A stretch of DNA of 64,000 bases from Clostridiales bacterium (GTDB lineage: Bacteria > Bacillota > Clostridia > Oscillospirales > CAG-272), in assembly GCA_021202555.1 (NCBI GenBank), contig JAJQCT010000008.1, positions 12,286-76,285 of the forward strand, read 5' to 3'. This document shows, in pieces, positions 8,843 to 17,236 of the stretch. A program made the translations under genes and the position numbers. The notes beneath the pieces are model-generated. The model made no database searches and had not been told where the DNA came from. It saw nothing but the letters and a program-made list of their open reading frames with translations. Within the stretch, counting starts at the first letter, position 1; the number at the start of each line of letters is the position of its first letter.

Positions 8843-9847
8843 ATGAAGTGTAACTCACTTTATATAGGCACGGCAGTTCCGAACAGGGTTTTCTCCGAAT
8901 GGGGGAAATATTCGGACGTCGTGACAAAAAGCTTTAACTGCTTTACGCCGGAAAACGAGATGAAGCCCGATGCGCTGCTTGACGGCGAGGGGTCAAGAGC
9001 AGCTCTCCCCGAAAGCTATACTCACGCAAAGATACGGTTTTTATCGTGCGAGCCTATAATAAAAACGGCAATTTCGACGGGCGCGAAGGTTCGTCTTCAC
9101 ACGCTCGTGTGGCATTCGCAGACGCCCGATTGGTTTTTCACCGAAGACTACACCGACGGCGGCGCGCTTGTCGGGCGCGACGTGATGCTTTGCCGCATGG
9201 AAAGCTACATTCACGACGTGCTTTCGTATTTTATTGACAATTACCCCGATCTGATTTACGCTGTGGACGTCGTAAACGAGGCGTTTGACCGCGATGCGGG
9301 AGATGACAGCGGAGTTCGCCGCAAAAACAACAAATGGTACGCGACTGTCGGCGATGACTATTATTATCAGGCGCTCCGCTTCGCGAAAAAATACTCAGAC
9401 GGAAAATTCGGACTTTTTTACAACGACTACGCCTGTATGTATAAGCCCGACATGATTCTTTCAAATCTGAAAAACGCTCGTGACGAAGGACTCATTGACG
9501 GGATCGGAATGCAAAGCCATCTTACGGTCGGGGAAAATCTCGGGCTTTACTTTGACGCGATGAAAAAATTCGCTGACGCCGGATATGAGCTTCAGGTGAC
9601 GGAGCTTGACATCGGAATAAAGGAAAAATCAAAAGAAAATCTCCGCCTTCAGGCGGAGTATTACGGGAAAATCGCGGACGGCATCGCCTCCCTGAAAGCG
9701 TCGGGCACAAATATCACAGCGCTGACAGTATGGGGAATTTCTGACGCGCTTTCGTGGAGGCACGGAGAATATCCCCTGCTGTTTGACGAAAATCTTCTGC
9801 CAAAGCCCGCTTATTTTGAGTTTTTCCCGAAGCTTTGCGGTATTTAA
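8843..9847 (+). CDS. GH10 endo-1,4-beta-xylanase, no signal peptide
   Basis: 334 aa. HTLVWHSQTP, acid/base VVNEAFD, nucleophile VTELDIG, and WGISD are all GH10 hallmarks. It sits 16 nt after the kinase gene. Confidence 0.85.
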   Translation: MKCNSLYIGTAVPNRVFSEWGKYSDVVTKSFNCFTPENEMKPDALLDGEGSRAALPESYTHAKIRFLSCEPIIKTAISTGAKVRLHTLVWHSQTPDWFFTEDYTDGGALVGRDVMLCRMESYIHDVLSYFIDNYPDLIYAVDVVNEAFDRDAGDDSGVRRKNNKWYATVGDDYYYQALRFAKKYSDGKFGLFYNDYACMYKPDMILSNLKNARDEGLIDGIGMQSHLTVGENLGLYFDAMKKFADAGYELQVTELDIGIKEKSKENLRLQAEYYGKIADGIASLKASGTNITALTVWGISDALSWRHGEYPLLFDENLLPKPAYFEFFPKLCGI

Positions 9848-10620
9848 TCGGGTATTCGCCGCAAAAATTCAATTTTTTCGGGTTTTGCCGCGGTCAGGCG
9901 TTCGGGATTAACATTTACCTCGCCGTCATCGGATACGGTGATTATCTCAGAGCTGTTCCCTTTCCCGCCGGAAAAATAAACGAGCGCTTCATACTTTCCC
10001 TTCGGAGGCACCGCAACGCGGTCGGGCAGATACGCCCGACCGTTTTTGTATGTCGGCTCGACTGTAAAATTCCGTCCGAGATATGCGCGGCACAGACTAA
10101 CCTCGCCGCGGCGTAACGTCTCGCGGATAAGGGTTGAGGAAACGGTTTTCCCGTCAGCAGCGGTCACGCTCCCGATAGTCGTGGTGCCGACGCCGCTGCG
10201 TGACGCATACGCCGTAAGCGTATCAACATTCCCGCGCGCTCCCGCGCCGAATGTAAAATTGAATCCCGTGACGATATGAGCCGGTGAAAGCGCGTCAAAC
10301 AGCGCTTCCAGAAACTCATCCGGCGACATCGACAGGAGCTCTTTTGTCGGCGAGATTCTAGCCACAATATCAACGCCGAGCGACGATATGAGCGCGGATT
10401 TTTCTTTATGCGTCGTTATCAGCTCCACATTCTCCCCTGTGAAAAGTACCCTTGGCGGAATATCAAAGCACCAGACGCACGACGGACAGCTCATGTCCCT
10501 CGCGATTTCCACGGCGCGCGAGATTACGGCGCGGTGTCCGAGGTGCACGCCGTCAAACGTCCCCATCGCGACGACGCATCCGCCCTCTATTTTCGGGAAC
10601 GCACCAGTTAAAATTCTCAT
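9844..10620 (-). CDS. ribF: FAD synthetase (FMN adenylyltransferase) RibF-like with a short, atypical C-terminal domain
   Basis: GTFDGVHLGHRAVI nucleotidyltransferase motif. The start is moved to MRILTG (ATG at 10620), 1 nt after the upstream stop; the alternative start is 10644. The C-terminal segment of about 75 aa lacks the PTAN flavokinase motif. Confidence 0.75.
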   Translation of the reverse strand: MRILTGAFPKIEGGCVVAMGTFDGVHLGHRAVISRAVEIARDMSCPSCVWCFDIPPRVLFTGENVELITTHKEKSALISSLGVDIVARISPTKELLSMSPDEFLEALFDALSPAHIVTGFNFTFGAGARGNVDTLTAYASRSGVGTTTIGSVTAADGKTVSSTLIRETLRRGEVSLCRAYLGRNFTVEPTYKNGRAYLPDRVAVPPKGKYEALVYFSGGKGNSSEIITVSDDGEVNVNPERLTAAKPEKIEFLRRIPD

Positions 10621-10621
10621 G

Positions 10622-12082
10622 TTACCCGCTCGTTTTTTCTTCAATCAGAGGCAACACAATCCCGTCGCTGTACGTCTTTATCACGTCTCCGAGAATCTCA
10701 AGCTCAAGCGCGTATACCTCGGTCGCGTTGTCCACACCGTATGAGGTAGCGGTCAGTCCGTATGCTTCGGGGTCCTCGAGCGCCGCGGCAAGCGGTACGA
10801 TTTCATGCGCGTAGTAGCCGTTTGACGCAAGATACCTGTGAACGAAGGTGGGGATTTCCTCCACATCCGCGAGATAAACCTCTCCCGTCGAGTATTTGCG
10901 TATCGTAAGCATCACCATAAGACCGCCCTCGGTATATGTGCTGTTCGTCGTGTCGCCGAGCGTGCGGCGATTCTGATTCGATACGAAATTTCCGAGGGAA
11001 TAAAAGCATACGGTTGTTCTCGTTCCGTCCTCGCTTGTGAGAATCTGCGTGTCCTCGATGACGTGCGGATGACCGCCTATTATAACGTCAACTCCAAGCT
11101 CACACAGCTCCTGCGCCACGGTTTCCTGATAAGTAGTGTGAGTTATCCTGTATTCGGTTCCCCAGTGCATATATGCGATTATGAAATCGACGCCCTCGTC
11201 TTCCATTTCGGAAATTATGTCCTCAACCTCACTGTAAAAATCGTCGAGCAGGCTCAGATTATAAAGATTCATCAGCCCGAGGTCGCCGTCGCGTATGGCG
11301 ATTCCGTTAATCGTCCGCGTTTCGGTATTTCCGCCCGAAAGGTCGTCCGCGTAATTTATCATGCCGACCTTGATTCCGTTTATCTCGACTATCGCGTAAG
11401 CGTCGTCATCCTCGCTCTCCTTCGCTCCGATATACGAAAGTCCGTACTCCTCAAACATCTCCTGCGTGCGCAGAAGTCCGCTCGTGCGCTTGTCGTAGCA
11501 GTGGTTGTTGGCGAAAAGCATCATATCGAAGCCCGCGTCGATTATCGCGTCGAGCGAGTCGTCAGGCGCATTGAAGCTCGGATACCCGCTGTATCCCTCA
11601 TCCTCACCCGTAAGCGTCGTCTCGAAATTCGCGACGGCATAGTCTGCGGATGAGACTATCTCTGAAATATACTTAAACGAATTTGAAAAATCGTAATATC
11701 CGTCCTCGCCTTCCGCTTCGGCGTAATTTATCTGCGGCATATGAAACATTATATCCCCGACCGAGAGTATCGTCGCCTCCGAATATGTTATCACGTCGTC
11801 AAGGACTTCGGTGACAGCTTCGGTAGTATCCTCCGCCGACGTTCCGTCCGCGGTATCGGAGGAGTTGACCGTCAACTCATCCGACGTATTTCCGGCGAGC
11901 GTTCCCGTGCCGTCACCGGTTCCGACCTGCCCCTCATCCCCGCCGTTCAAAAGCAGAAACGCTATTGCAAGAATGAGCGCCATTATGACGACGAGGAGCG
12001 CGTAAAAAATCACCCCGCCGTATTGCTTTTTTCGTCTTTGTCTTAATCTGCGGTCGGGCTGACCGCCTACGTTACGGTTCAT
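10622..12082 (-). CDS. CapA-family (PGA_cap) membrane-anchored metallophosphoesterase-like protein
   Basis: 486 aa. N-terminal TM anchor, T/D/E-rich linker, then SVGDIMFH, ANNHCYD, HWGTEY and GGHPHV motifs of the CapA/YwtB family. Confidence 0.8.
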   Translation of the reverse strand: MNRNVGGQPDRRLRQRRKKQYGGVIFYALLVVIMALILAIAFLLLNGGDEGQVGTGDGTGTLAGNTSDELTVNSSDTADGTSAEDTTEAVTEVLDDVITYSEATILSVGDIMFHMPQINYAEAEGEDGYYDFSNSFKYISEIVSSADYAVANFETTLTGEDEGYSGYPSFNAPDDSLDAIIDAGFDMMLFANNHCYDKRTSGLLRTQEMFEEYGLSYIGAKESEDDDAYAIVEINGIKVGMINYADDLSGGNTETRTINGIAIRDGDLGLMNLYNLSLLDDFYSEVEDIISEMEDEGVDFIIAYMHWGTEYRITHTTYQETVAQELCELGVDVIIGGHPHVIEDTQILTSEDGTRTTVCFYSLGNFVSNQNRRTLGDTTNSTYTEGGLMVMLTIRKYSTGEVYLADVEEIPTFVHRYLASNGYYAHEIVPLAAALEDPEAYGLTATSYGVDNATEVYALELEILGDVIKTYSDGIVLPLIEEKTSG

Positions 12083-12509
12083 CTACTTCATTATCCTCCG
12101 CTTTTTTCGGCGAAACGCCGGACGTTATAATCGGTGTGGAGCCTGACGCGCCCGTTATTTCCGCGATGAGCATTGCCGCGCGCGAGGAAAGCGCCGAGAG
12201 GAGCGCGCCGCCGCTCCGACGCAGCTCGCCCGCAATATCGATTGAGTGCCAGTCAACCTCGTCCTTCGTCTCGGGTCTGAAATTCACGACAGCAGAAAAC
12301 GAAACCGAAAGATAAAACGGTCCTTCGGGTTCAAATGTCAGGGCGCGGTTAAATGTGATTTTCACGCCGCGGTCGCTTATAAGACGCGCAACAATTGTGT
12401 CCCTGCACTGCATTTTCAGCCGTCCCGCCTGCGGCTTTGTCACCTCATAATTTACGTTTTCGAGGAAAATTCTCTCCCCGGGCATAAAATAACGCGAAAA
12501 ATCTATCAT
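12072..12509 (-). CDS. hypothetical protein (no family recognised)
   Basis: 145 aa counted from the ATG at 12509, which has a GGGAGG RBS 10 nt upstream. The ORF-track start is 12539. Its 3' end overlaps the CapA-like start by 11 nt. Confidence 0.5.
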   Translation of the reverse strand: MIDFSRYFMPGERIFLENVNYEVTKPQAGRLKMQCRDTIVARLISDRGVKITFNRALTFEPEGPFYLSVSFSAVVNFRPETKDEVDWHSIDIAGELRRSGGALLSALSSRAAMLIAEITGASGSTPIITSGVSPKKAEDNEVDEP

Positions 12510-12842
12510 AAAGCATTTTCCTCCCATGTAAAAGCTCATATTGCGTCAGGTATCATGCCGTTATGCACTCTGCATTATTGTATCATACAATGCGCAAAAC
12601 CTCAAATAATAATATCAAATCTGTGATTCGGCTTGAATATTCATCAGGTTTGAGCTTCGGAGCTATGCTTCGAAGCTCAACACCTATTTTACCACAAATT
12701 CGCCCGCGCTACAAGTACGTTTTATGTTAATAAATTTCTAAATCATGCGATACGGCAAAAAAATTCGTGCAAAAAGCGCTCATTTATGCTATACTTTGAT
12801 ACGGTGCGCCAAGCGCAATAAAAATATGCATAAGGAAGCGTT

Positions 12843-13598
12843 ATGAACGATAGCACAGCAAACAAATCACACCGCGTCGCCGTTGTGACGGGCGGCTCGC
12901 GCGGGATAGGAGCCGCCGTCTGCCGCTCGCTTGCGGCGGAGGGTTTTTTCGTCGTTATAAATTACAGGGAGGCAAGGTCGCGCGCCGAGGCACTCGCCGA
13001 CGAAATACTTTCGCGCGGCGGGCAGGCGGATATATTCGGCGCGGACGTGAGCCGCAGCAGGGACGCTGACGCGCTTATTTCGTTCGCAGCCGAAAAGGGC
13101 GCGCTTGACGTTCTCGTTTGCTCCGCAGGAATTGCAGGTCAAAGTCTGTTTGACGAGATAAGCGACGCGGAGTGGGAGCGCATGATAGACGTTAATCTTT
13201 CCGGAACATTTTACGTCTGCCGCGCCGCCGCGAGAGAAATGATTCGCAGCAAGCGCGGAAGCATCGTAACCGTTTCATCAATGTGGGGCGTTGTCGGCGC
13301 GTCGTGTGAGGTGCATTATTCCGCGGCGAAGGCGGGGGTTATCGGGCTTACAAAGGCGCTCGCAAAGGAGCTTGGTCCCTCGGGAGTTCGCGTAAACTGC
13401 GTAGCGCCGGGCGTTATCGACACGGAAATGAACGCGCATCTTTCACAAAATGATTTATCCGCGCTTGCGGAAAGCACCCCGCTTTGCAGAATAGGCAATC
13501 CCGAAGAAATTGCGGATGCTGTCACGTTTTTCGCGACGGAGCGCTCGTCATTTGTCACGGGTCAGATTCTCATGGCTGACGGCGGATTCTCTGTCTGA
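12843..13598 (+). CDS. SDR-family oxidoreductase (FabG-like 3-oxoacyl reductase)
   Basis: 251 aa. TGGSRGIG cofactor motif and the S...YSAAK catalytic motif. Confidence 0.88.
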   Translation: MNDSTANKSHRVAVVTGGSRGIGAAVCRSLAAEGFFVVINYREARSRAEALADEILSRGGQADIFGADVSRSRDADALISFAAEKGALDVLVCSAGIAGQSLFDEISDAEWERMIDVNLSGTFYVCRAAAREMIRSKRGSIVTVSSMWGVVGASCEVHYSAAKAGVIGLTKALAKELGPSGVRVNCVAPGVIDTEMNAHLSQNDLSALAESTPLCRIGNPEEIADAVTFFATERSSFVTGQILMADGGFSV

Positions 13599-13650
13599 GA
13601 GGGCATATTTCGGCGGGGATTTTCAGTCACAGAAAAAGTATTCGCTCGAA

Positions 13651-13684
13651 AAATCGGACTGCCGAACAAACGGCAGTCCGATTT
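13651..13684. terminator. bidirectional intrinsic terminator between SDR gene and pepC
   Basis: AAATCGGACTGCCG / CGGCAGTCCGATTT, a 14-bp perfect stem with a 6-nt loop. An A-run lies upstream, and the U-run is clear on the minus strand. Confidence 0.75.
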
Positions 13685-13727
13685 AATAATATCAAAACTT
13701 CATATCGGGCAATTTGCCGCGAAACGC

Positions 13728-15071
13728 TCAGTCAGCGAGGCTTCCGATAGGATCCCAAGGATCAAGCTCGACAGGCTCTGTCTCGTAAAGCTTCGCAAGC
13801 TCACCGAGATATTTCTTGTTGACGACAGCCTGATAGACAAAGAGATCAAACCACGAATCGGACGCTATGTAGTATCCGCCGTTGACGCCCTCGCTGCCCC
13901 AGCTGTTTTCAACCTTCCAGCGCGTCGGAACCGTGTCGTCCTCGAGATTGACGCCGGTCAGAACCATCGCGTGATTCATCATCGAATACCCCGAATCGAG
14001 CGCGTCAGCCTTTGACATCGTAATGTCAAGCCCGACGGCGCGGCTCGTGTTCACCGATGCGTCGTCCCAGATGCGCGTTGTGCTCTCGCCGCATTTTCCG
14101 CAGTCGGAGCCGAACCACACAGGCTCTCCGTCCTTAATCTGCGATACGACGGCTTCCTTGAATTTATCCATCGGAAGATTCAGATGAAGCACGGGAGCGC
14201 CTCCCACAACATTTCCGAGATAGCGCACGGTGTAAAGCTTTTCATAGGGCTTATTCGTTGTCGGCGCGTTGATTATGCTCACGTAATCGTCAAGCATATT
14301 CCCTATCATCTCGTCCCTGAATGTTATAGGCGTATAGCCCTTCTCGATGTGATATTTGTCATCCTTGTCAACATATTCAAAGTTAAACTTTTCGGGCGGA
14401 AGCGAATAGCACTCCGTGAGGAAAACGAAAAGCTCGTCGAGCGCCTTGTTTTTGATTGCCTGAAGCTCCTCCTCCGAGGCGCCGCCGTCCGCCGCGCGGC
14501 GAAGCGCGAGCGCGCTTTTCAAAAGATACGGCGAGATAACGCCCGACAGTCCGTGCGTATTCGAGGACTGGAATGTTTCAGGCATGGCGTCCTTCGGGAC
14601 GATTCCGTATTTTCTCACGATGTTCGTGAACATATCCCACTGACCGCCGTCGTTGACGCGCGTCTGGAGAATAAAGCTCACTGTTCTGTCCGTAATGGGG
14701 AGGTCTGCCGTGTCGATTACGGATTCGAGGAAATAATTGCAGCGCTCGAATTTGTCCCAGAACGCAAGATAGCTCTGCGACAGCTCAAATTCCGCGATGT
14801 TTTTCTTTTTGCCGATAACCTCGCGAAGAACATTTGTCGCCGCGAAAAGCCAGCAGCGCCCGCTCGACTTCTGATTTGTCGCTGTCATCGTTTTGATGTC
14901 GTTTGAGAATTTGAATTTCATCTCTCTTGCGGGAACCGGGTCGAGCGAGAGCTTCTGAATTGCGTTTGAAGCAAAAATTTGTGTACGGAGCGCCGCCGTG
15001 TCGCTCTCATACGATTTTTTGAACGAGCCGAGAAGCTCGTCGCTTACGGGTTTAGCCGATTTAAGTACCAT
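13728..15071 (-). CDS. pepC: aminopeptidase C (C1-family bleomycin hydrolase)
   Basis: 447 aa. Active-site QKSSGRCWLFA, and HAMVLTG...ENSWG His/Asn region. Confidence 0.92.
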   Translation of the reverse strand: MVLKSAKPVSDELLGSFKKSYESDTAALRTQIFASNAIQKLSLDPVPAREMKFKFSNDIKTMTATNQKSSGRCWLFAATNVLREVIGKKKNIAEFELSQSYLAFWDKFERCNYFLESVIDTADLPITDRTVSFILQTRVNDGGQWDMFTNIVRKYGIVPKDAMPETFQSSNTHGLSGVISPYLLKSALALRRAADGGASEEELQAIKNKALDELFVFLTECYSLPPEKFNFEYVDKDDKYHIEKGYTPITFRDEMIGNMLDDYVSIINAPTTNKPYEKLYTVRYLGNVVGGAPVLHLNLPMDKFKEAVVSQIKDGEPVWFGSDCGKCGESTTRIWDDASVNTSRAVGLDITMSKADALDSGYSMMNHAMVLTGVNLEDDTVPTRWKVENSWGSEGVNGGYYIASDSWFDLFVYQAVVNKKYLGELAKLYETEPVELDPWDPIGSLAD

Positions 15072-15256
15072 GATTTCTTCCTTTCGATAATCCGCCGAAC
15101 GCGCACTTCCCGCCCGGTGGAGCTTTTTACACTGTAATTATACTATATTCGACCGAATAGGTCAAGCGAATTTGATAAAATTCTCCCCGAAATTTCGCGG
15201 GCGGTCAGATATGCCGCGTTTTCTTGCGCTTTGCCGACAATTTTTTTATTTTGCGC

Positions 15257-15284
15257 TTGACTTTTTTCGCGCGGAGAGTATAAT
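15257..15284 (+). promoter_or_regulatory. sigma-A type promoter for the MATE transporter
   Basis: TTGACT (15257-15262), 16-nt spacer, TATAAT (15279-15284). Confidence 0.6.
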
Positions 15285-15403
15285 ATTATAGGAGCAAAAA
15301 TATCGCAATGGGGCGAGGTGAGAGACGGCGGATATACGCCGTCCCACCTCGTCATATGCTGATGTCGCCTATTTTCTCGAAGTGTTTTGCAAAAGGAGAC
15401 TTT

Positions 15404-16762
15404 ATGAATAAGGATTTGACAGTCGGAAAGCCGTCAACGGTTCTTTGGAAATTTTGCCTGCCGCTTTTCGGCAGCGTAATTTTTCAGCAGCTTTATAATA
15501 TCGCCGACAGTCTTGTCGCGGGCAAATTCATAGGCAACGACGCGCTCGCCGCCGTCGGAAACAGCTATGAAATCACTTTGATTTTCATCGCGTTCGCATT
15601 CGGATGCAACGTCGGATGCTCCGTTGTCGTATCGCGTCTTTTCGGCGCAAAAAAGCTGTCAGACATGAAAACCGCCATCTACACTACGCTCATTGCCTCC
15701 GCGTTTTTGTGCGGCGCGCTGATGATTCTCGGATTTGTGTTCTGCGAGGGACTGATGGAGCTTATCAACACGCCCGAATCGCTCATGTCGGATTCGCTCA
15801 TTTACCTGCGCATATACATAGCGGGACTTCCCTTTCTTTTTTACTATAACGTCTCAACGGGAATTTTCTCGGCGCTCGGTGACTCAAAAACTCCGTTTTT
15901 CTTCCTTGCAGCGTCAAGCACGTCGAATATCCTCGTCGATATACTCTTTGTCACCGTTTTTAAACTGGGTGTTGCGGGAGTTGCGCTCGCGACATTCATT
16001 TGTCAGGGAATTTCATGCGTTCTGGCGCTCATTTTTGTGCTGCGCCGCCTTTCCGCGATAAAAACGGAGGAAAAAGCGGCAATTTTCTCGGCGGAAATTC
16101 TGAAAAGTATCGCCGTTATTGCAATTCCGAGCATTTTGCAGCAAAGCTTTATATCAGTCGGGAATATCATAATTCAAAGCACGATAAACGGCTTCGGCAC
16201 TGATGTCATGGCGGGCTATTCGGGCGCGATAAAGCTCAACAACCTTGTTATAACGAGCCTCACGACAATTTCAAATGGAATGTCGAACTTCACGGCGCAG
16301 AATATGGGAGCCGGCAAGCTTGCGCGCATCGACGAGGGCTTTCGCGCATCGCTTAAAATGGTGTATATACTCTGCACCCCGTTCGTGCTTTTCTACTTCT
16401 TCTTCGGGAATTTGGGGCTTTTGCTCTTCATGAACGATTTGGGCGGGGACGCAATGCAGGTCGGCGTGACATTTCTGCGGATAGTTTCGCCGTTTTATTA
16501 CGTGATAGCGACAAAGCAGATGGCTGACAGCACTCTTCGCGGCACGGGTCTGATGGGGCGCTTCATGGTATCGACCTTCACCGATTTGTCCCTGCGCGTC
16601 ATTTTGGCAATCGTTCTCTCATCGCTCATGAGCTCCTCGACGGGAATCTGGCTCTCATGGCCGATAGGCTGGATTGTCTCGACAGCGATGTCGCTTGTAT
16701 TTTACTTTGCGGCTCCGTGGCGGCAAAAAATGAAAAACGACAAAAGCGAAATCAAGGTTTAA
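15404..16762 (+). CDS. MATE-family multidrug/toxin efflux transporter
   Basis: 452 aa counted from the ATG at 15404, which has an AAGGAG RBS at 15393-15398. 12 TM, with the typical N-terminus LWKFCLPLFGSVIFQQLYNIADSLVAGKF. Confidence 0.88.
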   Translation: MNKDLTVGKPSTVLWKFCLPLFGSVIFQQLYNIADSLVAGKFIGNDALAAVGNSYEITLIFIAFAFGCNVGCSVVVSRLFGAKKLSDMKTAIYTTLIASAFLCGALMILGFVFCEGLMELINTPESLMSDSLIYLRIYIAGLPFLFYYNVSTGIFSALGDSKTPFFFLAASSTSNILVDILFVTVFKLGVAGVALATFICQGISCVLALIFVLRRLSAIKTEEKAAIFSAEILKSIAVIAIPSILQQSFISVGNIIIQSTINGFGTDVMAGYSGAIKLNNLVITSLTTISNGMSNFTAQNMGAGKLARIDEGFRASLKMVYILCTPFVLFYFFFGNLGLLLFMNDLGGDAMQVGVTFLRIVSPFYYVIATKQMADSTLRGTGLMGRFMVSTFTDLSLRVILAIVLSSLMSSSTGIWLSWPIGWIVSTAMSLVFYFAAPWRQKMKNDKSEIKV

Positions 16763-16878
16763 TTTTTCGCGCGTATAATTTTATAAAAACGCGGCAAAAT
16801 AAAATCCGTAACGCGGTATGCAGCGCTAAAACGCCGCGTCCCGCGTTAATTCATTTTATTATCGAGGACTTCTGTAAT

Positions 16879-17100
16879 ATGATGATAATGGACAAAATCT
16901 CGCTTGTGCTTGTGATAATCGGCGCGCTCAACTGGGGAAGCATCGGGCTTTTCAGATTTGATGTCGTAAGCTGGATTTGCGGCGGCGAGGCTACCGTTTT
17001 GGCGCGGATAATTTACACGGTCGTTGCTCTCGCGGGTCTTTGGTGCATATCGCTTCTTTTCAGGGACACCGAGACATCCGAATCGGGCAGCACGAACTAA
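16879..17100 (+). CDS. DUF378 small membrane protein
   Basis: 73 aa. VIIGALNWGSIGLFRFDVV...YTVVALAGLW is the DUF378 signature. GAGGA RBS 10 nt upstream. The ORF-track start at 16657 lies inside the MATE gene. Confidence 0.75.
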   Translation: MMIMDKISLVLVIIGALNWGSIGLFRFDVVSWICGGEATVLARIIYTVVALAGLWCISLLFRDTETSESGSTN

Positions 17101-17176
17101 AGAGCTTCAGCGCTTTTTCGGTAAAATAAACAACGGATAATGCTTTTTTCCGTCAATAATTTGCGCTCCGTGACAC

Positions 17177-17205
17177 TTGACATAAAGTGCCGCGGGGCGT
17201 ATAAT
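17177..17205 (+). promoter_or_regulatory. sigma-A type promoter for serC-serA
   Basis: TTGACA (17177-17182), 17-nt spacer, TATAAT (17200-17205). Confidence 0.7.
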
Positions 17206-17236
17206 ATTTAAGATAAATTTTTTATGAGGTGACACC

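Noticed and set aside
10838-11653. Long antisense ORFs opposite well-supported genes. Examples are 10838-11653, 14184-14906, 27605-28315, 39714-40568, 53512-54123, 54702-55328, 55534-56376, 4583-5269 and 49675-50247.
   Set aside because: Each lies entirely inside a gene with clear family motifs on the other strand. Their translations are Arg/His/Cys-rich and low-complexity, with no recognisable motifs or RBS. This is the usual shadow-frame effect in GC3-biased coding DNA.
10622-12082. Poly-gamma-glutamate capsule locus.
   Set aside because: Only a CapA-family homologue is present. No CapB or PgsB ligase or CapC is nearby, so I make no capsule-synthesis call.
17101-17236. T-box or another riboswitch upstream of serC-serA.
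   Set aside because: The consensus promoter at 17177-17205 leaves only about 25 nt of 5' UTR, which is too short for a T-box or riboswitch.
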